The notes: generated by a model from the sequence alone, not told the origin. A DNA stretch of 64,000 nucleotides from Patescibacteria group bacterium (GCA_041645165.1 JBAZQN010000004.1:18789-82788), one strand, 5' to 3'; counted from the stretch's first letter, positions 19,161-29,225 are shown. Numbers and translations are program-made.

Positions 19161-20090
19161 CCTACAACTATGACTACACTACAAACCACATTTTGCGGCG
19201 TAGAATTTGAGAATCCTTTAATTTTGCCTTCTGGCATCATTACTGAAATCCCCGCGCATAAAAAAGCAGAAGACGCAGGAGCAGGAGGCGTAACGCTCAA
19301 ATCCTTTACCGTGCAGCCGCGCGAAGGGCACCCCTTGCCGCGCATTATAAAATATGACCATGGTTTCTTAAATTCCGTAGGCCTGCGTAATGCGGGTATT
19401 GAAAAAGGCAAAGAGGCGGTCAAGGAATATCTCTTGCACGCGGGCGTCCCCACCATCGTGAGCGTATTTGCGACAAATGTGAAAGATTTTGTCCGGCTGG
19501 CGGAAACGTTTGCGCCGCTTAACCCTGCGATGATTGAGCTTAATCTAAGCTGTCCGAATGTGGAAGACGAATTTGGCGACCCAAGCGGCAATACTGCCGA
19601 GAGCGCGGGCAATGCAGTGAAAGCAGTGAAAAAGGTTGCGGGCGCGGTGCCGCTTATCGCAAAACTGTCACCTAATGTGGCGAGCATTGCGGATGTGGCG
19701 AAATCGTGCGAAGCGGCAGGCGCCGATGCGATTTCTGCCATTAATACGGTAGGGCCGGGCATGGTTATTGACATTAAAACGCGTAAACCTGTGCTCGGGC
19801 ATCTCAAAGGAGGCGTTTCGGGCGCGGGGATTTTTCCGGTTGCCGTGGCGAAAATCTATGAGCTCTATGACGCGGTAAAGATTCCCATCCTCGGCATGGG
19901 AGGCGTGACGAGCTGGCAGAATGCGGTTGAGATGATGATGGCGGGCGCGTCCCTGGTAGGCGTGGGTTCGGCAGTATACAGCAAAGGATATGTAGTGTTT
20001 GAGGAGATAAAGGAAGGACTCACAAGATACCTGGAGGAGAATGGATTCAATAATATTAATGAGGTGGTGGGGTTAGCGCACAACCATTAA
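19155..20090 (+). CDS. pyrD: Dihydroorotate dehydrogenase, family 1 (start may be 19170)
   Basis: LNSVGLRNAG, ELNLSCPNV, KLSPNV, AINT, GGVSG, GMGGV. Confidence 0.95.
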   Translation: MTPTTMTTLQTTFCGVEFENPLILPSGIITEIPAHKKAEDAGAGGVTLKSFTVQPREGHPLPRIIKYDHGFLNSVGLRNAGIEKGKEAVKEYLLHAGVPTIVSVFATNVKDFVRLAETFAPLNPAMIELNLSCPNVEDEFGDPSGNTAESAGNAVKAVKKVAGAVPLIAKLSPNVASIADVAKSCEAAGADAISAINTVGPGMVIDIKTRKPVLGHLKGGVSGAGIFPVAVAKIYELYDAVKIPILGMGGVTSWQNAVEMMMAGASLVGVGSAVYSKGYVVFEEIKEGLTRYLEENGFNNINEVVGLAHNH

Positions 20091-20192
20091 ATCCCAATGA
20101 CCATCCTTCGACAAGCTCAGGATGACAAGAAGTCATTGTCATGGTGAGCCGAGTCGAACCATGGAATTTAGTGCTTGGAGCTTAGAATTTTA
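20089..20192. repeat. Heptamer element containing a nested REP-like palindrome
   Basis: CCTTCGACAAGCTCAGGATGAC..GTCATGGTGAGCCGAGTCGAACCATG inside heptamer arms; reverse complement resembles 43528-43611. Confidence 0.8.
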
Positions 20193-20199
20193 TTGAGAT

Positions 20200-21195
20200 A
20201 TGACTTTTTTTGAAAAACTCACCGCGGCCATGCAGCAAAATAACAGCCTCCTCTGTATAGGCCTTGATAGCGATTTCGAAAAAATCCCTGAATGTTTAAA
20301 GAAAAAGACGAGAGGGGATAACACACCCCCGCCCGATGGGCGACCCCTCTCAAGAGGGGATTACTCAAGCCGGCAGCGGGCGGAAATAATTCTGGCATTT
20401 AACCGCGCGATCATTGATGCGACGAAAGACGCAGTGTGCGCATACAAACCGAACAGCGCATTTTATGAAGCGCTAGGCGGGCGGGGTCTTGAAATTCTCA
20501 AACAGACAATCCAGTATATCCGCGAACGCGCGCCTGCTATTCCTGTCATTCTCGACGCAAAACGCGGGGACATTGGCTCCACCAATGCCTCGTATGTCCA
20601 ATTCGCCTTTTCGTATCTGAAAGCTGACGCAATTACCCTCCATCCCTACCTTGGGAGAGAAGCGCTCCAGCCGTTCCTTGATCAAAAAGAGAAAGGAATA
20701 TTCGTATTGTGCCGTACCTCGAATCCGGGAGCGGGTGAATTTCAAGACTTGAAGGTGTTTCGTTTTCAGGGTCATTCTGACCCCGCAAATGCGGGGGAAG
20801 AATCCCCCACGAATGTGGACCGGCATGCGCCGGAGACCCTTCGACACACTCAGGGTGACACTAATGGCGAAGAATTGTATAAGGTGGTGTCGCGCCAAGT
20901 AGCGGAAGAATGGAATGCAAATGGCAATTGCGGGCTGGTCGTTGGCGCGACCTATCCTGAAGAGCTAAGAGAAGTCCGCACCATCGTCGGTAATATGCCA
21001 ATTCTCGTACCCGGCATCGGCACGCAAGGCGGCGACGTGGAAAAGACGGTACGGGCTGGCATCACGGCTCAAGGAAACAGCATAATCGTCAACTCCTCAC
21101 GCGGGATTATCTTTGCTTCGTCAGACGAAGATTTTGCCGAGGCGGCAAAAATAGAAGTATTGAAGTTAAGAGATCAGATTAATCAATATAGATAA
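20200..21195 (+). CDS. pyrF: Orotidine-5'-phosphate decarboxylase with two in-frame palindromic insertions
   Basis: LCIGLD, KPNSAFYE, LDAKRGDIGST, GLVVGAT, LVPGIGTQGG, NSSRGI. Confidence 0.95.
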   Translation: MTFFEKLTAAMQQNNSLLCIGLDSDFEKIPECLKKKTRGDNTPPPDGRPLSRGDYSSRQRAEIILAFNRAIIDATKDAVCAYKPNSAFYEALGGRGLEILKQTIQYIRERAPAIPVILDAKRGDIGSTNASYVQFAFSYLKADAITLHPYLGREALQPFLDQKEKGIFVLCRTSNPGAGEFQDLKVFRFQGHSDPANAGEESPTNVDRHAPETLRHTQGDTNGEELYKVVSRQVAEEWNANGNCGLVVGATYPEELREVRTIVGNMPILVPGIGTQGGDVEKTVRAGITAQGNSIIVNSSRGIIFASSDEDFAEAAKIEVLKLRDQINQYR

Positions 21196-21215
21196 TTATG
21201 AAATGAGAATATAAT

Positions 21216-21701
21216 ATGCAAAAAATTATTATTGGAGTAATGGGACCAGGAGAGAGTGCCGCCGAATCAGACAGAGAACATGCTTATCAAATGGGGAAAC
21301 TTATTGCCCAAGCAGGGTGGGTATTGTTAACCGGCGGTCGGAATAGAGGGGTGATGGATGCTGCGAGTAAAGGTGCAAAAGAGCATGGTGGCCTTACCAT
21401 AGGAATCTTACCTACCTCAGATCCAAATACTGTGTCTGATGCTGTTGACATGCCGATATTTACAGAAATGAAAAGCGCACGGAATAATATCAATGTACTC
21501 TCTAGTAGAGTAATCGTGGTATGTGGTATGAGTGCGGGAACTGCTTCTGAAGTTGCAATGGCTCTCGTGGCAAACAAACCAATCATTCTCATTGATCAAA
21601 ACAAAATAAGTAAGGATTTTTTTCAAACTTTAGGAAAAGAAAAGGTCAATTTTGTAGATACACCTCTAGAAGCTCTTGATAAGATAAAACACTTATTATG
21701 A
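21216..21701 (+). CDS. LOG-family (TIGR00725-like) nucleotide-binding protein
   Basis: IGVMG, TGGRNRGVMDAASKGA, IGILP, ARNNINV, GTASEVAMA. Confidence 0.85.
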   Translation: MQKIIIGVMGPGESAAESDREHAYQMGKLIAQAGWVLLTGGRNRGVMDAASKGAKEHGGLTIGILPTSDPNTVSDAVDMPIFTEMKSARNNINVLSSRVIVVCGMSAGTASEVAMALVANKPIILIDQNKISKDFFQTLGKEKVNFVDTPLEALDKIKHLL

Positions 21702-22333
21702 CCAACGAACAAGTGCTTGAATTTTTTAAAAACACTGGCGGTTATATCACAGATAGCCATATAGTGTACACCTCGGGAAAGCATGGATCGGCGTATTTGA
21801 ACAAAGACGCGATTTATCCGCACACTAGTCTCGTGTCTGAGCTTTGCAAGGTTTTTGCTCAAGAATTCAAAGGGAAAGGGATTGAGGCGGTAGCCGCGCC
21901 CGCACTCGGCGGCATTATACTTTCCCAGTGGACTGCGCACTATTTAAGCCTTATGGAAAAACGCGAGATACTCGCGGTATATACAGAAAAAACACCTGAC
22001 AACGGACAGATGTTTACGCGGGGGTATGATAAATGCGTTGCGGGAAAAAAGGTGCTGGTCGTGGAAGATATTTTAAATACTGGCGGATCGGTGCGCAAAG
22101 TGGTGGACGCGGTGCGGCAGGCGGGCGGCACGGCGGTCGCGGCAGCCGCGCTCGTCAACCGCGGGAGAGTTACATCGAAAGATGTGGGAGAGGTTCCGCT
22201 CTTCACCCTTGCTTCAATCAACCTCGAAGCGTGGAACGAACACGAGTGCCCTTTGTGCAAACAAGGAATTCCTGTAAACACCATCGTCGGCAAGGGGAGA
22301 GAATATCTGAAAAAGCAACAAAGCAACTCATGA
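21698..22333 (+). CDS. pyrE: Orotate phosphoribosyltransferase
   Basis: HIVYTSGKHGSAYLNK, VLVVEDILNTGGSV, ECPLCKQGIP. Confidence 0.93.
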   Translation: MTNEQVLEFFKNTGGYITDSHIVYTSGKHGSAYLNKDAIYPHTSLVSELCKVFAQEFKGKGIEAVAAPALGGIILSQWTAHYLSLMEKREILAVYTEKTPDNGQMFTRGYDKCVAGKKVLVVEDILNTGGSVRKVVDAVRQAGGTAVAAAALVNRGRVTSKDVGEVPLFTLASINLEAWNEHECPLCKQGIPVNTIVGKGREYLKKQQSNS

Positions 22334-22992
22334 ATAATAAATCGCGAAAGATTATTGCCTTTACAAGCCTGGCCGGCTGCTGCATTTCTTTGGTTCTTAT
22401 TCTTATTTTATCAGCACTTGATCAAAATTATAATCCCGTGACAATGGCACTGAGTACATTAGGAGGAGTGAATGGGATAAAAGGAATCATCTTTAACAGC
22501 GGCCTCGCGCTGTTCGGGATACTGCTCATCAACTTCAGTGCAGGATTGCATCAAACGATAAATAATGGAAAGGGATCAAAAATGGGTCCAATAATGACCG
22601 CAATCGGCGGCCTCGGCATGATTGGTGCAGCCTTATTTCACTGTGACGCGGGTTGTACAAACATTCTTTTAAGAATGACACTGGCAGGAGCCGCGCATAT
22701 TTACCTTACTATTATTGCCGGCACTATATTAGCACTGTCGCCTTTTTTTATTCTCACAAGATTGCAGAAAGACACTGAATGGCGAGGATATCAACTATTT
22801 ACGTTGATGTGCGGCGTACTGATTTTCATTCCAAACGTAATTTTTTGGATAAATCACTTTATGGGCAACGGGTCATCCGTCGGCAATATCATGCAGAAAA
22901 TTTCAATATTTTTTCTTCTTCTCTGGGTGGGAGTTATGTCAGAAAAAATGTGGCGATTGCCAAATCGTTCTTCAGTTATACGAGCAACTTAA
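22330..22992 (+). CDS. DUF998-like membrane protein
   Basis: YNPVTMALSTLG, FHCDAGC, about 6 TM segments; ATG at 22330 overlaps the pyrE stop. Confidence 0.7.
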   Translation: MNNKSRKIIAFTSLAGCCISLVLILILSALDQNYNPVTMALSTLGGVNGIKGIIFNSGLALFGILLINFSAGLHQTINNGKGSKMGPIMTAIGGLGMIGAALFHCDAGCTNILLRMTLAGAAHIYLTIIAGTILALSPFFILTRLQKDTEWRGYQLFTLMCGVLIFIPNVIFWINHFMGNGSSVGNIMQKISIFFLLLWVGVMSEKMWRLPNRSSVIRAT

Positions 22993-23006
22993 TTGAAACG
23001 ACACCA

Positions 23007-26000
23007 TTATTTCTGAATTCGTTCCTCCATCTCTTTCAGCCTCTGCCGCTCCTTTTCAACCACCGATGGAGGCGCTTTGGAGAGAAAAACAGGATCTGAG
23101 AGACGGCGTTTAAGATCGACAATATACTTTTCCTGCGCTTCCCTATCTTTAGGAGAAGTTTTTTCTTTTTTTGGTACGTCTAACAAAAGATGGATATGGG
23201 AAAGGCTTAAGGTTGGTTTCTCAATCTTTTCGGTGAGCGTTAAAGTAACCTTTGTAAGATGCTCGATTAGTGCCGAGTGATCAGCAATGACCTCTCTTAA
23301 TTCTTTAAGGCGTATGGCAATGGCGCCCTTGATCTTCTCTTTTGGATTCAACTTTTCCTCGGCACGGAATGCCCTTAATACAGTAATGAGCTCTTGCAAT
23401 TGCGTAAATTGCGATATTGCTAAACTGTTAAATTGCTGCTTACTTGGTTGCGGCCACGACTGAATAAGGAGAAGGTTTTGATTGACACCCCCTCTCTGTC
23501 TCCCCCTTTCTAGGGGGAGAACCTGAGCGGAGAAATTTTTCCATAATTCTTCGGTAATGAAAGGCGTGAAAGGATGCCAAAGCTTGATAATCTGTTCAAG
23601 CGTATGGAGCAATATTGAGTCGGTGGATTTCTCTAAACTTTGTTTTTTTTGAAACTTTGCGATCTCGATATACCAATCGGCAAATTTTCCCCAAGTGAAA
23701 TCATAAAGATTCTCAATCGCCGCGCTGTAGCGGTATTCTTCCATGGCTTTAGTCGTGCTCTCAATGATCGAGTCTAATTCTGACAGAATCCACTGATCCG
23801 CCAATGTGGCAGGTTGGGGTGTTTGTATCCTTGTGTCCTTGTTTCCTTGTTTCCTTGTATCTGCAGTAGTGAGGATGAAACGACCGATATTCCAAAGTTT
23901 ATTCACAAAATTGCGGTAACCTGCGATTTTTTCCTCATAGAGCCTGATGTCATTACCTGGCGTGGTGCCCACCACGAGCGAGAGCCGCACGGGATCGGCG
24001 CCGAATTTGGCGACCATATCGAGAGGATCTATGCCGTTGCCCGCGGATTTTGACATTTTTTTGCCATCACGATCGCGCACAAGCCCGTGGAGATACACCG
24101 TACGGAAAGGAATGTCGCCTACCGCATAGAGCGTCATGATGATCATGCGGGCAACCCAAAAGAAAAGGATATCATATCCTGTTTCCATGACACTGGTGGG
24201 ATGGTAAGTGAGGAAATCATTTCTCTCCAGGGGTTTACCCGCCGAAGTGGCAACGGAGGCGGGCCAGCCGAGCGTTGAAAATGTCCAGAGCGACGAAGAA
24301 AACCACGTGTCCAGAGTATCGGGATCTTGCTGTAGCGTTACAGAACCGCAGGTGGGACACCGAGAAGGGACTTCAGCAGAAACGATTACTGTGCCGCATA
24401 CTCCCATCTTAACCGACGGGTCAAACGTATAAGTATATATCCAGGCAGGGGTATTGTCGTCGACGTTTTTATGAGGATAATGCCGTGTAAAGGCAGCTCG
24501 TAACTCTTCACACTTCTTATACGTCTTTCCATGTGCCGCATCATTTAAATCAATTTCACCTACCGTCGTATTCTCGATATTTGTGATTTTCCCATAGCCG
24601 AACACTTTACGCGTGGCGCTGTCCTCAAACACCACCACGTCTCCTACATTAAATTCATAATCGCGGAGGCGGTAGGTTTTCGTTTTATTATCGAACACTT
24701 GTGGTACCACATCTTCGGCAAATCCCATTCGCTTTACCGCATTGCTCCCGCAATACCACACGGGAATTTGGTGCCCGAACCAGATTTGCCTCGAAATGCA
24801 CCAGTCATGGAGATTTTCCATCCAATGGAAATACGTCTTATTGAACCGGTCGGGAATAATCTTAATTCCTCCTCCCGAACGCACGGCCCACAATGCAAGT
24901 TCTTTCAAGGTCGCAGTGACGTCACACCCTCCCTTCGTCCCTCCCTTTTTAGGGAGGGAACCTGTAGCGTAGAACCGTCTCGCAAGGTTTAGATTCTTGA
25001 TCTTAAATGGTTTATCAACCGCGATAAACCATTGCAGGGAGGGAAGCGGCTCTATGGGAGTGCCGCAACGATAGCAGAGCGAGATATTATGCACATAATT
25101 CTCATCAATCTTTTCCACTAATCCCTTTTTCTTAAAAATTTCCACTATTTCTTCCCGCGCCTCGCGCGCATTTCTCCCCGCGAATGCGCCTGCCGCGTCG
25201 GTGAGCTTCCCCTCTTCATCAATAATTTTCACCACCGGAAGCTTGTATTTCTGCGCAAGGAGAAAATCCTCGAAGCTATGCGCCGGGGTAATGGTCATGG
25301 CGCCCGTCCCGAATTCCATGTCTGCGACAGGATCCGCGATCACGCGCGCTTTTACTTTTCCGCTTATCCACTCCACCTCGAGCTCTTTGCCGACAAGGTC
25401 TTTGTATCTTTTGTCTTTCGGGTGCACGATGATGGTCTTGTCCTGGAATTTGGTTTCCGGACGCGCGGTGCCGATGACGACAGGGCCATATTTGAAATAA
25501 TAAAATTTTGTCTTCTGTTCTTTATATTCCACTTCATCGTCCGCGAGAGTGGATTTGCAACGAGGGCACCAATTCACAATTCTGTTGCCGCGGTAGATGA
25601 GCCCATCATCGTACATTTTTTTAAACACCGTGCGCACCGCGAGAGAAAGGTCGGGGTCCAGCGTATAGCGCTCCCTCGACCAATCGCAGGAAGACCCCAT
25701 ACGGCGAATCTGCGTTTCAATCCGGTGGCGGGTGCCTTGCACAAATTCGTTGATTCTTTTCACGAGTTCTTTTCTTCCGATTTCGTGGCGGGTTTTCCCT
25801 TCTTTCTTATAAATCTCCTTCTCCACCACATTTTGCGTCGCAATGGCCGCATGATCCACGCCCGGCACCCAGAGCGCGCGCTTCCCCTGCATCCTCGCAA
25901 AGCGTGTCATAAGATCTTCAATGGTCAAAAACATGGCATGGCCAATATGAAGAGAGCCGGTCACATTCGGCGGCGGCATGGAGAGAGAGAATGACTCTTT

Positions 26001-26114
26001 CCGCGCGCCCAGCAGGTTATCAGGATTGAAAAAACCCGATGATTCCCATGCGCGGTATGATTGCTCTTCATCTTTATGTTCGTAGGCTTTCGGTAACAAA
26101 TTCGTAGATGCCAT
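23007..26114 (-). CDS. valS: Valine--tRNA ligase with ASCH-like domain insertion and several short repeat-derived insertions
   Basis: PPPNVTGSLHIGH, DWCISRQIWFGHQIP, DPDTLDTWFSS, KMSKS. Confidence 0.98.
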   Translation of the reverse strand: MASTNLLPKAYEHKDEEQSYRAWESSGFFNPDNLLGARKESFSLSMPPPNVTGSLHIGHAMFLTIEDLMTRFARMQGKRALWVPGVDHAAIATQNVVEKEIYKKEGKTRHEIGRKELVKRINEFVQGTRHRIETQIRRMGSSCDWSRERYTLDPDLSLAVRTVFKKMYDDGLIYRGNRIVNWCPRCKSTLADDEVEYKEQKTKFYYFKYGPVVIGTARPETKFQDKTIIVHPKDKRYKDLVGKELEVEWISGKVKARVIADPVADMEFGTGAMTITPAHSFEDFLLAQKYKLPVVKIIDEEGKLTDAAGAFAGRNAREAREEIVEIFKKKGLVEKIDENYVHNISLCYRCGTPIEPLPSLQWFIAVDKPFKIKNLNLARRFYATGSLPKKGGTKGGCDVTATLKELALWAVRSGGGIKIIPDRFNKTYFHWMENLHDWCISRQIWFGHQIPVWYCGSNAVKRMGFAEDVVPQVFDNKTKTYRLRDYEFNVGDVVVFEDSATRKVFGYGKITNIENTTVGEIDLNDAAHGKTYKKCEELRAAFTRHYPHKNVDDNTPAWIYTYTFDPSVKMGVCGTVIVSAEVPSRCPTCGSVTLQQDPDTLDTWFSSSLWTFSTLGWPASVATSAGKPLERNDFLTYHPTSVMETGYDILFFWVARMIIMTLYAVGDIPFRTVYLHGLVRDRDGKKMSKSAGNGIDPLDMVAKFGADPVRLSLVVGTTPGNDIRLYEEKIAGYRNFVNKLWNIGRFILTTADTRKQGNKDTRIQTPQPATLADQWILSELDSIIESTTKAMEEYRYSAAIENLYDFTWGKFADWYIEIAKFQKKQSLEKSTDSILLHTLEQIIKLWHPFTPFITEELWKNFSAQVLPLERGRQRGGVNQNLLLIQSWPQPSKQQFNSLAISQFTQLQELITVLRAFRAEEKLNPKEKIKGAIAIRLKELREVIADHSALIEHLTKVTLTLTEKIEKPTLSLSHIHLLLDVPKKEKTSPKDREAQEKYIVDLKRRLSDPVFLSKAPPSVVEKERQRLKEMEERIQK

Positions 26115-26150
26115 ATGATGCTATTATCATGTCTATTATACTCCTGATTG

Positions 26151-26304
26151 AAAATAAAAAACCACCTAACAAATGTTAGGGGCCCTGGATGAGGGCGGTA
26201 CCACCCCTATTCCCCGATGAGATCGGAGCACTTTTCTTGAGCGTTCACGGGCTCGTCCCGGCCGGGTCTACTATTCCGAAACATTCGGAGATTCTTCCGG
26301 CAGC
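26151..26304 (-). promoter_or_regulatory. T-box riboswitch (Val specifier GUA) with terminator
   Basis: Minus strand AATAGGGGTGGTACCGC T-box, short stem I GCCGG..GTAGA..CCGGC, CCTAAC/GTTAGG hairpin plus U tract upstream of valS. Confidence 0.88.
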
Positions 26305-26368
26305 TTTACCCCTTTGGGTAACTCTGGTGACAAATCAGAGCTAAAGCTTGTATAAGCACTCTTTAAAA

Positions 26369-26824
26369 CTAACTGAATCGCCGATTTGTGTCAAGCAACC
26401 GTTCCCCGTCTTTATGAGTGTGCGAAAAGTTTATCCAGAGAGTGCGTGCGGGAAGTAAGGATTTTACCTTTTCAGCCCACTCGATCACCGTAAGGGCGTG
26501 GGGATCATCAAGATGCTCACGGATACCGATATCGATAAGCTGCTGCGGAGTATGGAGACGATAGTAGTCAACATGAACGAGGGTAGTTATATTGTTCAAT
26601 TGTTTTGGAAGCGTGTAGGTGTGAAGGAGAACGAACGTAGGGCTGGTGATATGTTTCTTAACGCCTAAGGCGCGGGCGAGGCCTTGCACGAATGTGGTTT
26701 TTCCCGCGCCCAAAGGGCCGACTAACCCCACCACATCGCCGCCATGCAAACCTTTTACTAACCGAGAAGCTAATTTGTTGGTGTCTGCAACAGAATGGCT
26801 AATCATAACTTCTTTATTTCGCAT
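26369..26824 (-). CDS. tsaE: tRNA t6A biosynthesis ATPase TsaE
   Basis: GPLGAGKTTF, ITSPTF, HVDYYRL, VIEWAE. Confidence 0.95.
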   Translation of the reverse strand: MRNKEVMISHSVADTNKLASRLVKGLHGGDVVGLVGPLGAGKTTFVQGLARALGVKKHITSPTFVLLHTYTLPKQLNNITTLVHVDYYRLHTPQQLIDIGIREHLDDPHALTVIEWAEKVKSLLPARTLWINFSHTHKDGERLLDTNRRFS

Positions 26825-27952
26825 CTAATACTTCGCATAACCTACCGTGAGCATATCAGACCCGATGACCTTGCGAGTAACATTTTCCAATTTAAACGCT
26901 GATTTTAAAAAGCGCGCGCCAATTCCTCCCACCGAAGAGACTGCTTCGCGGCCGCCGATCACCAAAGGAGCGTGAAACCAATATACTTTCTGTACAGCAC
27001 GGGCATCGAAAAATCGCCCTATCGTTTCGCCGCCTCCCTCCACTAACACTGAGTGAATACCACGCTCCCCCAATCGTTTGAGCAGTGCATGGATGGAAAT
27101 TTCTGTATGATTAAATTGCCACACCTCAAAATCTGATTTTCGTAATTTTTTTATCTTTGCCGTGGGCGCTCTTTCACTCACGCATACAATGACATTTTTA
27201 TCCCTCAATACTTTCGCGCGCACGGGAACCCTTGCCGCAGGATCCACGATGATCCTCACCGGATCCGGCACTCCTTTTGCCCTTGCTCCCAAATGCGGAT
27301 TATCAGAGAGCACCGTGTGAATGCCGACGAGAACTGATTGGTAGGTGCTTCTTAAATCCCGCGCATAAGTGCGTGCCGCCTGCGAGGTAATCCATTTTGA
27401 GTCGCCCATCCTTGTCGTAATTTTTCCGTCCAAACTTGTCGCGACCTTCACTGCCACAAACGGCAACCACCCTCCCCGTCTCCCCCCTGAAAGGGGGGAG
27501 GATGTGGGGGGTCGATGATAAAAAAAGAACTCCTCATTCAATCGTTCTGCTTCTCGTCGCATTATTCCCACTTGAACCTTAATACCTCCTCGCCTTAATG
27601 CCTTTATGCCATTTCCCCTGACCAACGGATTGGGATCCTGGATCGCGCATACCACCTTCTTAATGCTAGCGCTGATAATCGCTTCTATGCAGGGCGGCGT
27701 CTTGCCCCAATGGGAACATGGCTCAAGTGTGACGTAAAGCGTGGCTCCCTTGGGATTCACCCGGCACCGCGACAATGCAACCGCTTCCGCGTGCGGCCCT
27801 CCATATCTCGCATGATAGCCTTCGCCAATCACCTGCCCACTCTTGACAATCACAGCCCCTACTTGGGGATTGGGAGCCACGGCAGTCACCGTCGCGCGAC
27901 GGGCGAGCGCAAGCGCGCGAGCCATATATTTCATTTCATCTGTCCCCTTCAT
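26825..27952 (-). CDS. ribD: Riboflavin biosynthesis deaminase/reductase with in-frame palindrome
   Basis: PNPQVGAV, HAE, TLEPCSHWGKTPPC, SLDGKI, VEGGG. Confidence 0.96.
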   Translation of the reverse strand: MKGTDEMKYMARALALARRATVTAVAPNPQVGAVIVKSGQVIGEGYHARYGGPHAEAVALSRCRVNPKGATLYVTLEPCSHWGKTPPCIEAIISASIKKVVCAIQDPNPLVRGNGIKALRRGGIKVQVGIMRREAERLNEEFFFYHRPPTSSPLSGGRRGGWLPFVAVKVATSLDGKITTRMGDSKWITSQAARTYARDLRSTYQSVLVGIHTVLSDNPHLGARAKGVPDPVRIIVDPAARVPVRAKVLRDKNVIVCVSERAPTAKIKKLRKSDFEVWQFNHTEISIHALLKRLGERGIHSVLVEGGGETIGRFFDARAVQKVYWFHAPLVIGGREAVSSVGGIGARFLKSAFKLENVTRKVIGSDMLTVGYAKY

Positions 27953-27963
27953 AGAGAACTGCG

Positions 27964-29184
27964 TTATCTGCGATCTAAAATGGTGAGCAAATGCCCCAGC
28001 CGGTCGCGTTTGGTTTTAAGATATTTTTTGTTATATCTCCCGGGTTTCACTTCCAGCGGCACGCGCTCTACAATCTTCAATCCGTACCGGGCTATGCCGG
28101 TAATTTTCTCGGGATTATTAGTAAGCAAACGAATTTTTTTTATACCCAGATCGGCAATAATCTGTGCGCCGACATGATAATCCCGCATATCAACGGGCAG
28201 CCTTAATTTGGTATGCGCCGAAACAGTATCTTCTCCCTGATCTTGCAGCGCATACGCGCGAATCTTGTTGGTAAGCCCGATGCCGCGCCCTTCCTGATTC
28301 AGATAAATGATCGCGCCCTCACCCGCATCATTTATTTTTTGCATCGCACGCGTTAACTGCGGGCGGCAGTCGCACCGCAGGGAATGGAACGTATCGCCGG
28401 TCAGGCATTGGGAATGAACGCGCAGGAGCGTCGGTTTTCCCGCTACAGGCTTTCCCTTCACCAGCGCGACATGTTCAATACCGCTGATGAGCGAACGATA
28501 CACATACATCTTGAACGTGCCGAGCTCTGTGGGGAGCGAAGCGCTCGCAACCCGGCGCACCAATGGTTCGCGTGCGCGACGATACGCAATTAATTCAGCG
28601 ATGGTAAGATAAGGCAAATGATGATGGCGTGCAATATGTTTCAACTGCGCGCGCCGCGCTGATCTTCCACTTTTCTCTAAAATCTCACAGACCACTGCGA
28701 CGGGTTTCAATCCCGCAAGCTGCATCAGGTCAACGGCCGCTTCCGTGTGCCCTGCCCGATAGAGCGTGCCGCCGGGATAACTTCTTAATGGGAAAACATG
28801 CCCGGGACGGGCAAGGTCATAGGGGCGCGTGCGAGGATTTGCCAACGCCCGTATCGTCGTCGCGCGATCATAAGCAGATATGCCTGTGGTGATTCCTCGC
28901 TTTGCGTCCACTGATACGGTAAATTCGCAATGCGTCACCTCATTATTCTCTTCCTCAGGCACCATCGGAGGCAAGTGCAGCTCTTCCGCGCGTTCCCGTG
29001 TCATAGGTACGCACACAATTCCTCGGCCTACTTTAAGAAAAAAATTGATCGTTTTGGGTGTCGCAAATTCTGCAGCCATGACGAAATCACCCTCATTCTC
29101 CCGCTTCTCATCATCAGCCACAATAATTATTTTTTCACGCTTCAGCGCGTGCAATGCTGATTCAATTTTCTTATAGTTTTCCAT
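27964..29184 (-). CDS. ribBA: Bifunctional DHBP synthase / GTP cyclohydrolase II
   Basis: DDEKRENEGD, RPGHVFPL, RAGHTEA, RVHSQCLTGD, QEGRGIGL, LLTNNP; start at MENYKK. Confidence 0.96.
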   Translation of the reverse strand: MENYKKIESALHALKREKIIIVADDEKRENEGDFVMAAEFATPKTINFFLKVGRGIVCVPMTRERAEELHLPPMVPEEENNEVTHCEFTVSVDAKRGITTGISAYDRATTIRALANPRTRPYDLARPGHVFPLRSYPGGTLYRAGHTEAAVDLMQLAGLKPVAVVCEILEKSGRSARRAQLKHIARHHHLPYLTIAELIAYRRAREPLVRRVASASLPTELGTFKMYVYRSLISGIEHVALVKGKPVAGKPTLLRVHSQCLTGDTFHSLRCDCRPQLTRAMQKINDAGEGAIIYLNQEGRGIGLTNKIRAYALQDQGEDTVSAHTKLRLPVDMRDYHVGAQIIADLGIKKIRLLTNNPEKITGIARYGLKIVERVPLEVKPGRYNKKYLKTKRDRLGHLLTILDRR

Positions 29185-29225
29185 AGATCGTGTACGAAAT
29201 CCAAAAACTCTAGAATTTTCAACAC

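Noticed and set aside
22033-22329. N-terminal extension of the DUF998-like ORF (and similar track extensions at 16827, 39383, 40918, 43613, 50600)
   Set aside because: They overlap pyrE or run through repeats and intergenic DNA; better downstream ATGs match family starts
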